This document shows, in pieces, positions 35,099 through 44,526 of a stretch of 64,000 bases of DNA. The stretch's first letter is position 1, and each line of letters starts with the position of its first letter. The notes under the pieces were generated by a model. It was not told where the DNA came from. It was given only the letters and a program-made list of their open reading frames with translations, and ran no database searches. Position numbers and translations under genes: made by a program. The stretch is taken from NCBI GenBank assembly GCA_026705025.1, contig JAPPBN010000045.1, positions 162,166 to 226,165 on the forward strand. The letters are read 5' to 3'. The stretch comes from Chloroflexota bacterium (GTDB lineage: Bacteria; Chloroflexota; Dehalococcoidia; Bin125).

Positions 35099-37579
35099 AT
35101 GGCAAGTGAGGCGTCGGACACCCTGCTGGGCGGAGTGCGTGTGATTGATCTGGCGACATCACGGGCCGAGATGACAGGGCGTGTGCTCGCCGACATGGGA
35201 GCAGAGGTGATCAAGGTTGAGCCGCCCTGGGGGACGCCCTCACGCCAGTTAGCCCCATTCAGCGAAGAGGATCCAGAGCGTTCGCTCTACTGGGCGGCTA
35301 TGGGGCTGGGCAAGCGCAGCGTGATCATCGACCTGGACGACGAACAGGGCCGCGCCGGTTTCCGAGCCTTGCTTGGCACTGCCGACGTGCTGATCGAGTC
35401 GTTTGACCCGGGGACGATGGCCGGCTGGGGATTGAGCTACGACGACGTCAAGGATGCCCATCCGGACCTGATCTATGTCTCGGTCACGCCGTACGGCCAG
35501 GACGGTCCTCATGCAGACCGGCCGGCGACGGACCTGACCATCGAGTCGGCCGGGGGCCTGGTCGGTCTACAGGGCGACGGCGATCGTCCGCCGGTGCCGG
35601 TGGGTCTTCCTCAGGCTCCGATTCATGCGGGCGTTCAGGCCGCGGCGGACACGTCGATTGCGCTGCGTGAGCGAGGCCTGTCCGGCCTGGGACAGCATCT
35701 GGACGTGTCGATGCAGGCTGCCGTGGTCTGGACCCTGATGCACGCAACAGGGTTCCCGCCAAACACCGGGGACGATCCGCCGGGCACCTGCGCTCAGCGG
35801 AACATCGGCGGCGACAACATGGGTGGCGCAGTCATGGGGATACATCCCTGTCTCGACGGCTACATCGTGTTCAGCATCGTGCCGGGTGGGCTGGGGCTGC
35901 GGCACTCGACATTGGTCCTGAAGTGGATCGAGGAAGAGGGCGAGCTGATCGGTGAGCTTGAGGGCGCCGACATCGATGAGTGGGCGAAGAATGTCGCTCG
36001 GCTGGTGACGGAGGATCCGGCCGAAGTGGGCCGGCAGGTTCTGATCGCGTCCGACAACATGCATCAGTTCGTCGCCAAGCGGACGATGGCGGAGTGTTTC
36101 TCGCGGGCCGTCCGAGACGGCTTCATGATGGCGCCGCTCTACACGATGGAGGACATTGCCAACGATCAGCACCTGGCTGCTCGGAACTACTGGGTAGACA
36201 TTGACGGGCACCGGTACCCGGGGCCGTTCGCCAAGCTGTCCGAGACCCCCCTGGTGATAGATCGGGCGGCGCCGGCGCTCGGTCAGGACCAACATCTGCT
36301 GACGGAGCTGAACGGCGCTCCGAAACGCGCACGGCGGGCGCCGGTGTCGTCCAACGGCGTGCGCGGTGAAGACGGCGGCGCGCTTTCAGGCGTCAAGATC
36401 GCCGACTTCGCCTGGGTTGGTGTCGGTCCGCTGATCTCGAAGTCGATGGCGGACCACGGCGCGCAGGTGATTCACATCGAGTCGGCGACGCGTCCCGACG
36501 TACTGCGTCTTGGGCCTCCGTTCAAGGACAATGAACCGGGCATGGACCGGGCGCAGTTCATGGCCAACTTCAACTCGTCGAAGCTCGGTGTCGCCTTGCG
36601 GCTCGATACCAGGGAGGGGCTGGAGTACGCCCGGCAGTTGATCGACTGGGCCGATGTGGTGGTCGAGTCGTTCACGCCGGGCACGATGAAGCGGTTCGGA
36701 TTCGACTACGCCACATTGAGCAACGAACGTCCTGAGCTGATCATGCTTAGCACCTGCCTGCGCGGGCAGACCGGACCCGAATCGAGCTACCCGGGATTCG
36801 GTCTGCAGGGGGCCTGCCTCTCCGGCCTGCACCGAATCACCGGTTGGCCCGATCGGCAACCATCGGGGACCTGGGGTGCGTACACCGACTTCATCAACCC
36901 GCGCTTCGGCTCTGGTGCGCTGGCGGCCGCGATCCGTTATCGGGACCGAACCGGCCGAGGCCAGTACATCGATCTGGCACAGACCGAGGCCGGTATCCAC
37001 TTCGCCGCGCCACTGCTGCTCGACTACCTGGAGAACGGCCGGATCGCCGAAGCGGTCGGACATGGATCCATGTACGCGGCGCCGAATGGCGTCTTCCGGG
37101 TGGGCGACGGCGAGCGCTACGTCGCGATCGCGACAGAGACGGCGGAGCAGTGGCATGCGCTGAGAACCGCGACCGGCCTTGAGAACTGGTCGGGCTCGGA
37201 GTACGACGACCTGTCGGCGAGAATCGCCGCGAAGGCAGAGATTGAAGCCGTGATTGCCGAGTGGTGCGCCCCGCAGACGGCTGAGGCGGTGGTCGAGCGG
37301 CTGACCGCGGCCGGAGTGCCCGCGTCGCTCGTCGAGTGGCCGTCCGACCTCTACGAGGATCCGCAACTCACGCATCGTGATTTCTTCGTCACGCTCGACC
37401 ACTCGGTGATGGGGCCGACGCCGTACGACGGACTGGTCACCCGCTTCTCGGGAGGGACGGCGCGTCTGCGCCGTGCCGCGCCGGCGATTGGCGAGCACAC
37501 GCACTATGTGCTCTCGGAGATCCTGTCCGTGCCGGATGAGGAGATCACGGAGGCGTTGGTCGCCGGGGCTCTGCAGTAG
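35099..37579 (+). CDS. Tandem-fused double family III CoA-transferase (two CaiB/BaiF domains in one 827-aa chain)
   Basis: First CaiB domain MASEASDTLLGGVRVIDLATSRAEMTGRVLADMGAEVIKVEPP…; second domain restarts at …LSGVKIADFAWVGVGPLISKSMADHGAQVIHIES…. ATG at 35099; the track start at 35039 is rejected. The antisense ORF 36386..37738 is rejected. Confidence 0.8.
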   Translation: MASEASDTLLGGVRVIDLATSRAEMTGRVLADMGAEVIKVEPPWGTPSRQLAPFSEEDPERSLYWAAMGLGKRSVIIDLDDEQGRAGFRALLGTADVLIESFDPGTMAGWGLSYDDVKDAHPDLIYVSVTPYGQDGPHADRPATDLTIESAGGLVGLQGDGDRPPVPVGLPQAPIHAGVQAAADTSIALRERGLSGLGQHLDVSMQAAVVWTLMHATGFPPNTGDDPPGTCAQRNIGGDNMGGAVMGIHPCLDGYIVFSIVPGGLGLRHSTLVLKWIEEEGELIGELEGADIDEWAKNVARLVTEDPAEVGRQVLIASDNMHQFVAKRTMAECFSRAVRDGFMMAPLYTMEDIANDQHLAARNYWVDIDGHRYPGPFAKLSETPLVIDRAAPALGQDQHLLTELNGAPKRARRAPVSSNGVRGEDGGALSGVKIADFAWVGVGPLISKSMADHGAQVIHIESATRPDVLRLGPPFKDNEPGMDRAQFMANFNSSKLGVALRLDTREGLEYARQLIDWADVVVESFTPGTMKRFGFDYATLSNERPELIMLSTCLRGQTGPESSYPGFGLQGACLSGLHRITGWPDRQPSGTWGAYTDFINPRFGSGALAAAIRYRDRTGRGQYIDLAQTEAGIHFAAPLLLDYLENGRIAEAVGHGSMYAAPNGVFRVGDGERYVAIATETAEQWHALRTATGLENWSGSEYDDLSARIAAKAEIEAVIAEWCAPQTAEAVVERLTAAGVPASLVEWPSDLYEDPQLTHRDFFVTLDHSVMGPTPYDGLVTRFSGGTARLRRAAPAIGEHTHYVLSEILSVPDEEITEALVAGALQ

Positions 37580-37919
37580 GAATCGGTAGAACCCTCGCCG
37601 GAGCACTCTCCCAAAGAGACCCTCGGCTCCGGCCCGCTCGCTTAACCCCCTCTCCCTCTGGGAGAGGGCCGGGGTGAGGGTCCAACCGTTGTTCGCTATC
37701 TGGTCGTGAAGCATCCTCTGTCCCCGAGGGGCCCTCACCCCCCGCCTTCGCGGGGGCAGGCTCTAACCCCCCGCATCAAGTGCGGGGCAGGCTTCTGCCT
37801 CAGGGAGAGGGGACCGGAGTGGGCGCCATCCGTTGGCGAGTTAGGGGTGCGACCACGGTGAATCTCGTGACCATCATCTAAACTGCCTGCGTAGAGACGC
37901 ACAGGGAAGGACTTGTGAG
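37580..37919. repeat. 340-bp intergenic region with at least three GC-rich palindromic hairpins (REP-like cluster)
   Basis: Hairpins ccctctcc-ctctg-ggagaggg, ccccccgcc-ttc-gcgggggca, ccccgca-tcaag-tgcgggg, plus cagggagagggg; related cores to the 6577-6697 cluster. Lies upstream of the thiolase gene start at 37920. Confidence 0.4.
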
Positions 37920-39101
37920 ATGGGCAACCGCACGATGCGCGGCGAAGTGGCGATCATCGGCGTCGGTGAGACGACGTATTACAAGCGGGGACGATCACCC
38001 GATTCCGAATTCAAGCTGGTGATCGAGGCGATCCTCAAGGCCAGCGCCGACGCTGGAATCGACCCGCGTGAGATTGACGGCTTTGCCTCGTACTCCAACG
38101 ACCGCAATGACCCCTCGCGGATTGCGGCGGCGCTGGACATCGCGGACCTGCGCTTCTCCAACATGGAGTGGGGCGGCGGCGGTGGCGGCGGCTCAGCGGC
38201 CTGCGCTCACGCCGCTTCAGCAGTCGCCACTGGTCTCGCCGACACAGTGGTTGTCTTCCGAGGTCTGGCGCAGGGTCAGTTTGGACGTTTCGGGCAGGGC
38301 GCTCGCGTGCCGTACGTGCGCGGCGACCAGGCCTATACGGCGCCGTACGGACTGATGTCGCCGGCGCAGTCCTTCGCCATGCGCGTCCACCGGCTGTACG
38401 AGGACCACGGGATCACTCAGGACACGCTCAAGGCGTGCTCACTGGCGTCGTACCACCACGCACAGAACAACCCGCGCGCGGTGATGTATGGTCGTCCGCT
38501 GACTCCCGAGGACTACGACGCCTCGCGCTGGATCGTGGAGCCCTTCCACCTATTTGACTGCTGCCAGGAGAACGACGGCGCAGCGGCGATGATCTTCGTC
38601 TCGGCCGACCGGGCCAAGGATTACGCCAAGACGCCGGTTTACTTCCTCGGCGGGGCGGTCGGCTCGGGCAACCGCGCCGGCTCGGGTTCGCACAACGCGA
38701 CCGACTACGCCACTTCCAACTTCAAGACGGTCGCGCCGCGCATGTACGACATGGCGCAGGTCAAGCCGGAAGAGGTCGACGTGGCGCAGGTCTACGAGAA
38801 CTTCACCGGCGGTGTCGTGATGAGCATCATCGAGCACGGCCTGACGAGCTACGAAGAGGCCAACGACTTCATTACGTTCGACAACCTGATCGCGCCGAGC
38901 GGCAAGATGCCGATCAACACGAGCGGCGGCAACCTGGCCGAGTGCTACATGCACGGTCTCGAGCTGAACATCGAGGCCGTCCGCCAGGTGCGGGGCGAAT
39001 CCTGCAACCAGGTCGATGACGTCAATGTGTCGCTGGTCGCTTCAGGTCCGATGGTGACGCCGGTGTCCGACATGATCGTCGGTTCAGAGGCGGTGCTCTA
39101 A
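37920..39101 (+). CDS. Thiolase-like protein, SCP-x / lipid-transfer-protein type (second copy)
   Basis: 393 aa; thiolase fold with C-terminal NTSGGNLAECYMHGLE signature. Paralogous to 4276..5478. Immediately followed by a DUF35 gene. Confidence 0.85.
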   Translation: MGNRTMRGEVAIIGVGETTYYKRGRSPDSEFKLVIEAILKASADAGIDPREIDGFASYSNDRNDPSRIAAALDIADLRFSNMEWGGGGGGGSAACAHAASAVATGLADTVVVFRGLAQGQFGRFGQGARVPYVRGDQAYTAPYGLMSPAQSFAMRVHRLYEDHGITQDTLKACSLASYHHAQNNPRAVMYGRPLTPEDYDASRWIVEPFHLFDCCQENDGAAAMIFVSADRAKDYAKTPVYFLGGAVGSGNRAGSGSHNATDYATSNFKTVAPRMYDMAQVKPEEVDVAQVYENFTGGVVMSIIEHGLTSYEEANDFITFDNLIAPSGKMPINTSGGNLAECYMHGLELNIEAVRQVRGESCNQVDDVNVSLVASGPMVTPVSDMIVGSEAVL

Positions 39102-39559
39102 TGGCGAATCCTGGAAGGTACTACCTGGGCGAGGGCATGCCCGCGCCCGCCCCGTCGGTCGACGGACTCGACACCGAGTACTGGGAAGGCATCAAGCAGC
39201 ACAAGCTGTTCGTCCAGCACTGTCACACATGCGACCGACCCCAGTTTGGCCCCGAGTGGGTCTGCCACATCTGTCACAGCTTCGATATGGGCTGGCGTGA
39301 GGTAGAGGGCAACGGACGCATCTACTCCTGGGAGCGCGTCTGGCACCCGGTCCATCCCGCGCTGCAAGACTCCTGCCCCTACCTCGTCGTCCTGGTCGAG
39401 CTGCCGAACCACGAGAACGTCCGAATGGTCGGCAACCTCGTCGGCGACCCGATGCAGACGGTCGAGATCGGCGCGGAAGTTCGTCCTGTCTTCGAGGATC
39501 ACGAGGGGACCGACGAGACCGAACCGTTCACCCTGGTTCACTGGGAAGTTGTCGGGTAG
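39101..39559 (+). CDS. DUF35 family OB-fold/zinc-ribbon protein (second copy)
   Basis: CHTCDRPQFGPEWVCHICHS zinc ribbon plus OB segment; 152 aa. Its start overlaps the thiolase stop (TAATG). Confidence 0.85.
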   Translation: MANPGRYYLGEGMPAPAPSVDGLDTEYWEGIKQHKLFVQHCHTCDRPQFGPEWVCHICHSFDMGWREVEGNGRIYSWERVWHPVHPALQDSCPYLVVLVELPNHENVRMVGNLVGDPMQTVEIGAEVRPVFEDHEGTDETEPFTLVHWEVVG

Positions 39560-39579
39560 CCCGAACGCGGCTCTCCGAG

Positions 39580-42465
39580 TTACCCCGTATTGCGGAGGCC
39601 GGCGGCGACGCCGTTGACGCTGCGCAGGATTGCTTCGAGGGTGTCGGCGTACTCCGGATCGTCCTCAGGCAGATCGCGGATGCGGCTGAGCAGTTCCACC
39701 TGGAGGAAGCTCAGCGCGTCGACGTATGGATTGCGCAGTGCGATCGAGCGCTGCAGGACTGGCGATCCGTCGAGCAGTCGATCCTGATCGGCCAGCAGAT
39801 TCACCATCGCGACGGTCCGATTGAACTCCTCGCTCAGACGGCCAAAGGTGCGGACGTCGCTGTCGCCGTCACCGAGGGTGCGGGCGTAATGTTCGGCGAC
39901 GTCGAAGTCGGCCTTGGCCAGCACCATTTCGACGTTTGAGAGCAGCGTGTTGAAGAACGGCCAGCGGGCGCGCATGTCGCGCAGCAGCTCCTCGCCGGCC
40001 TGCCCATGCCGGTGGATGTATTGCTCGATCGCCGTGCCCACGCCCATCCATCCGGTGATCACGTGCCGGGTCTGCATCCAGGCGAAAACCCACGGGATTG
40101 CGCGCAACGAGGTCAGCGACGCGTCCGAGCCAGGCCGGAAGGTGGGTCGTGAGCCGATGGCGAGGTTGCCCAGCATGCCAATCGGTGTGACACGCTGGAA
40201 ATAGGCATGCAAGTCGTCATCGTCGACGACCTGCGATCGGTACGCCTGCTGGGCGGTTGCTGCCAGTTCGTCCATCGCGGCGTGGTAGCGCTCGCGCTCG
40301 GCATCGGGCGTGTCGTTGTGGTCGTGGTCGAAGCGTTTGACGACGGCTGCGGCCAGTGTTTGTTCGAGGTTCCACTTCGCCAGGCCAGGCATGCCGTAGG
40401 TGAACTGGATCATCTCGCCTTGCTCGGTGAGCTTGATCCCGCCCTCGGTCGTGTGCGGAGGCAAGGCGAGGATGGCGTCGTGCGACGGTCCGCCGCCGCG
40501 GCTGACAGTACCGCCGCGGCCGTGGAAGAACATCAGATCCACGTCGAACTCGCGAGCGACCTCGTGCATCGCGTCTTGCGCTCGGTACAGGCCCCAGAGG
40601 GACGGCAGCACGCCGGCGTCCTTGGCCGAATCGGAGTAGCCGACCATGACTTCCTGCAGGTTGTTGTGGGCCTTGAGATGTCGCTGATACGCGCCGTGAC
40701 TGAAGAGTGAGCGCAGAACGGACGGAGCCCGGTCGAGGTCGGCGACGCGCTCGAACAGGGGGGCAATCCGGATGCGGCCGGCCGGCGCGCCGAGGTGGAT
40801 GTCGTTGAGGCCAGCCTGCCTGGCGACGAGCAGAGGCGCCAGCACGTCGGCGGCGTGCTCCGCCATCGAGACGATGCATGTCTGCACGGCCTCATCTCCG
40901 CAGATTCGCTGGATACGTCGAGCCGTGCGGAACCGGCGCAAGGTGTCGTCGTCGTCGTGGGTTGACATCGCATGACCGACCGGGAAGTAGTCGCGGTCGA
41001 GCTCACCGGCGAGGAACGCTTCTTGCTGATCCTTGTCCAGCTCGAGATAGCTTCCCCCAGGCGGCTGGATGTCCAGCCCCTTGAGCACTTCGTCGGCGGC
41101 GGCGTGGAATCGATCGGCGTGATCCCGGATGTCGAGCGTGGCCAGATGGAAGCCAAACGTCTTGGCCCGGTCGATCAGAGGCTGGACGACCTGGTCGGCA
41201 CCTGAGTGCGCGCCGTGATGCCGCAAACTGTCCGCGATCGCTTGCAAGTCGTCGACGAAGTCGCGGGCCGAGTCATAGGGGACCCCATCGGGCTCGTTGG
41301 CGGTCAGTCTCGCATCGTGGATCTGTGCTGCTCGAGTGTCCAGCAGCGCATAGTCGGCCTCCAGCGTCGCCTGCAGGCGGGCTGTCATGTAGCGGATCTT
41401 GTGGCGGTAGCGCTCTGCCTGGTTTCTGTTCTGCAGTCGTTCTTCGACCCTCGGCATCCGGCGGGCGTCTCGCTGGAGTGAGGCGTCCAGGTCCTGCGAC
41501 GTCGCGACGCGCCGCACCGAGTGGGGCAGCATCGCGTCCATGGATCTGACCGCATCGAGGTGCATGCGCAGCACGCGGGCGCGCATGGTCAGCGCGGTCT
41601 GCCAGGTCAGGTCGGGGGTCACATTGGGGTTGCCGTCGGCGTCACCGCCCATCCAGGATCCCAGCACGATGGGCGCGGGCGCATCGACTGCGGTGACGCC
41701 GGTGGCCTGGCGAAACCGGCGTGTGACCTCGGGCACCGCGTCCCAGAGCGTGGTCTCGAAGGTGCGCAAGAGCAGACGCGACTCTTCGAGCACGGTCGGT
41801 CGGCGATGGCGCAGGTGGTCCGCCTGCCAGAGACCTTCAATGTGGGTCCTGAGCGCCAAATCGATGTCGTCGAGTTCGGCAGGGATGGCGTGTTCTCGCT
41901 CCAGCAACAGGCGATGAACGTCCTGCAGGGTGCCCAGCATGGTCAGGCGCTGCGACTCCGTTGGGTGGGCGGTGAACACCGGTTGTAAGTGAATCCCTGC
42001 GGCCTGCTGGCGAATCGTTGCTTCGTCGTATCCCTGAGAGAGCAATTGCTCAACCACGGCCGCAATGGAGCGCGGCGCGGCGCTGGTGTCGGAAGAGCGC
42101 ACCCGGCGGCGTCGAATGCGGTGTGTCTCCTCGGCCGTATTGGTGAGCAGGAAATAGGTCAGGAAGGCGTTGCCGACCTCGGCCGCCAGCCACAGCGGCC
42201 AACTCTGAACGAGGTTGACGATTTCGGCGGTCAGCTGCGGCTCAGGTTCCTGGCGGACGCCGCGTCGGCGCTGGGCCAGGCCGCGAAGCTGTTCAACGGC
42301 ATTGAACACCTCCTCGCCGTCGACCACCCGGATGGTGTTGCCGAGCAGACTGCTGAGCAACCTGACATCGGCGGCCAGAGGCGCATCGACCAGGGCGCGG
42401 TCGTGGTTCGGACCCGGCACGGTCGGGCTGGTGACTCGAACGCTTCCCTCAGAAGAGTCGGCCAT
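39580..42465 (-). CDS. ppc: Phosphoenolpyruvate carboxylase
   Basis: 961 aa; motifs QPVFTAHPTE, …GYSDSAKDAG…, C-terminal …GLRNTG typical of PEPC. Confidence 0.92.
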   Translation of the reverse strand: MADSSEGSVRVTSPTVPGPNHDRALVDAPLAADVRLLSSLLGNTIRVVDGEEVFNAVEQLRGLAQRRRGVRQEPEPQLTAEIVNLVQSWPLWLAAEVGNAFLTYFLLTNTAEETHRIRRRRVRSSDTSAAPRSIAAVVEQLLSQGYDEATIRQQAAGIHLQPVFTAHPTESQRLTMLGTLQDVHRLLLEREHAIPAELDDIDLALRTHIEGLWQADHLRHRRPTVLEESRLLLRTFETTLWDAVPEVTRRFRQATGVTAVDAPAPIVLGSWMGGDADGNPNVTPDLTWQTALTMRARVLRMHLDAVRSMDAMLPHSVRRVATSQDLDASLQRDARRMPRVEERLQNRNQAERYRHKIRYMTARLQATLEADYALLDTRAAQIHDARLTANEPDGVPYDSARDFVDDLQAIADSLRHHGAHSGADQVVQPLIDRAKTFGFHLATLDIRDHADRFHAAADEVLKGLDIQPPGGSYLELDKDQQEAFLAGELDRDYFPVGHAMSTHDDDDTLRRFRTARRIQRICGDEAVQTCIVSMAEHAADVLAPLLVARQAGLNDIHLGAPAGRIRIAPLFERVADLDRAPSVLRSLFSHGAYQRHLKAHNNLQEVMVGYSDSAKDAGVLPSLWGLYRAQDAMHEVAREFDVDLMFFHGRGGTVSRGGGPSHDAILALPPHTTEGGIKLTEQGEMIQFTYGMPGLAKWNLEQTLAAAVVKRFDHDHNDTPDAERERYHAAMDELAATAQQAYRSQVVDDDDLHAYFQRVTPIGMLGNLAIGSRPTFRPGSDASLTSLRAIPWVFAWMQTRHVITGWMGVGTAIEQYIHRHGQAGEELLRDMRARWPFFNTLLSNVEMVLAKADFDVAEHYARTLGDGDSDVRTFGRLSEEFNRTVAMVNLLADQDRLLDGSPVLQRSIALRNPYVDALSFLQVELLSRIRDLPEDDPEYADTLEAILRSVNGVAAGLRNTG

Positions 42466-42555
42466 CGTTCACCTCCCGTCACATCGACCGCTTTCGGTCG
42501 AAATCCGGCGCGTCGCCTACGATGATTGCACGTTTGCAGTGAGGGAGGGGTAACG

Positions 42556-44526
42556 ATGAGTGAGGAGTCGGGTACACAGCGGGTGGCTCCGTACGGGGCC
42601 TGGGAGTCTCCAATAGCGACAGAGATGCTGACCGCCGGAGCACTCCGCTTTGACGAACTCGACGTGGACGGTGACGACCTCTACTGGGTCGAGTCGCGGC
42701 CGGACGAGCAAGGACGGTATGCCGCGATGCGCTATTCGTCCAACGGTGAGATCTCAGAAGTGACGACTTCGGAGCACAGCGCGCGGACGCTCGTCCACGA
42801 GTACGGCGGCGGCTCGTTGGCAGTCTCCGGCGGGATTGGATACTACTCCAACTTCGCCGATCAGCGCCTGTACCGCCGGGCGGTTGACGGCTCGGAGCCG
42901 CCGACCACGCTGACGCCTGATCTTCCCATTCGCTATGCGGACGCCACGGTCGACGATGCGCGCGGGCGACTGATTTGTGTCGCCGAGGACCACAGGCGGG
43001 AAGGTCTGGAGGCCGAGAACTATCTGGCCTCGATTCCGACTGACGGTAGCGGCGCCGATGCGGACGACATCATTCGTCTGCACGAGGGGTTCGACTTCTG
43101 TTCGTCGCCGCGGTTGAGTCCCGACGGGCGGCGGTTGGCCTGGATTTGCTGGAATCATCCCAACATGCCCTGGGACGCCACAGAGCTGTGGCTGGCCGAG
43201 GTCGCAACCAACGGTTCGCTGCTCGCGCCGCGGCGAATTGCGGGCAACGCCAACGGCGACGTTTCGATCACTGAGCCGCAGTGGGGTCCCGACGGCACGC
43301 TGTACTGCATCTCCGATGCTTCCGGCTGGTGGAACATCCAGCGCTGGGACGGAAGCCAGCTCGTGCCCGTGCTCTCGATGGAGGCTGAGTTTGGTCAGCC
43401 ACAGTGGGAGTTCTCGATGTCCACCTACGCCGTGATGGACGAGTGTTGCCTGGTCGCGCAATACGGCAACGCCGACGGTCGGCGGATCGGCCTGATCGAC
43501 ATGGACGCAGGAGAGCTGAGAGAACTGGAAACGCCGTTCAACAGCTTCGGTTACTTCACTGCAGCTGTCGGGCCACGAGTCATCTGCGCCGCCGCCGGGC
43601 CGGAGACCGGGGCGGCAATCGTCGCGATCAACGTTGACAACGGTGAGATTGAGACGCTTCGCGCTTCGGCAGCGCCGGAGATTGATGCCGACTACTTCTC
43701 GGGCGCTGAAGCCATCGAGTATCCAACGACGGACGGAACGACGTCCCACGCGTACTACTACGCGCCGCGAAATCCTGAGTTCCAGGCTCCAGACGGTGAA
43801 CTCCCGCCGTTGGTGACGTTCATCCACGGCGGTCCGACCAGCGCGACCAGTCCCGGTTTCAACCTGGCGATTCAATACTGGACCACGCGGGGGTTCGCCG
43901 TGGTCGACGTCGACTATCGAGGCTCCACCGGCTACGGCACCGCATACCGGCGGGCGCTGAACGGACGCTGGGGAATCGTTGACCGGGAGGACTGCGAGGC
44001 CGCTGCGAAGTTCCTGGTCGAGCGCGGCGATGTCGATGGCTCGCGCCTCGCCATACGTGGCGGGTCGGCCGGCGGCTACACCACCCTGTGCGCGCTGACC
44101 TTTGGCGACGTGTTTACCGCCGGCGCGTCGTACTACGGCGTATCCGACGCGGCTGCGCTGGCCGAGGATACGCACAAGTTCGAGTCGCGCTATCTCGATT
44201 CGCTGATCGGTCCGTATCCCGAGCGGGCGGAGCTGTATCAACAGCGGTCGCCCATACACGCGGTTGACCGGTTGTCCTGCCCGATCATCTTTCTGCAGGG
44301 GCTGGAAGACAAGATTGTGCCGCCCAATCAGGCGGAGCGAATGGTCGATGCGTTGCGGGAGAAGGGGTTGCCGGTTGCGTACCTCGCCTTTGAGGGGGAA
44401 CAGCACGGATTTCGGCAGGCGGCCAACATCCAGCGAGCGACCGAGGCTGAGCTGGACTTCTACGGTCGCATCTTCGGATTCTCACCGGCCGGCGACATCG
44501 AGCCGGTTCGCATCGAGAACCTGTAG
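42556..44526 (+). CDS. S9-family serine peptidase (prolyl-oligopeptidase / acylaminoacyl-peptidase type) with N-terminal beta-propeller
   Basis: Propeller region with repeated WxxDG segments. C-terminal alpha/beta-hydrolase with nucleophile GGSAGGY, Asp, and His in EGEQHGF. ATG at 42556 preceded by GGGAGGGG; the track start at 42526 is rejected. Confidence 0.85.
   Translation: MSEESGTQRVAPYGAWESPIATEMLTAGALRFDELDVDGDDLYWVESRPDEQGRYAAMRYSSNGEISEVTTSEHSARTLVHEYGGGSLAVSGGIGYYSNFADQRLYRRAVDGSEPPTTLTPDLPIRYADATVDDARGRLICVAEDHRREGLEAENYLASIPTDGSGADADDIIRLHEGFDFCSSPRLSPDGRRLAWICWNHPNMPWDATELWLAEVATNGSLLAPRRIAGNANGDVSITEPQWGPDGTLYCISDASGWWNIQRWDGSQLVPVLSMEAEFGQPQWEFSMSTYAVMDECCLVAQYGNADGRRIGLIDMDAGELRELETPFNSFGYFTAAVGPRVICAAAGPETGAAIVAINVDNGEIETLRASAAPEIDADYFSGAEAIEYPTTDGTTSHAYYYAPRNPEFQAPDGELPPLVTFIHGGPTSATSPGFNLAIQYWTTRGFAVVDVDYRGSTGYGTAYRRALNGRWGIVDREDCEAAAKFLVERGDVDGSRLAIRGGSAGGYTTLCALTFGDVFTAGASYYGVSDAAALAEDTHKFESRYLDSLIGPYPERAELYQQRSPIHAVDRLSCPIIFLQGLEDKIVPPNQAERMVDALREKGLPVAYLAFEGEQHGFRQAANIQRATEAELDFYGRIFGFSPAGDIEPVRIENL

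Noticed and set aside
36386-37738. 450-aa minus-strand ORF fully antisense to the double CoA-transferase gene
   Set aside because: Typical high-GC antisense artefact: Arg/Gly/Pro-rich translation with no recognisable domain, while the opposite strand carries clear CaiB motifs.
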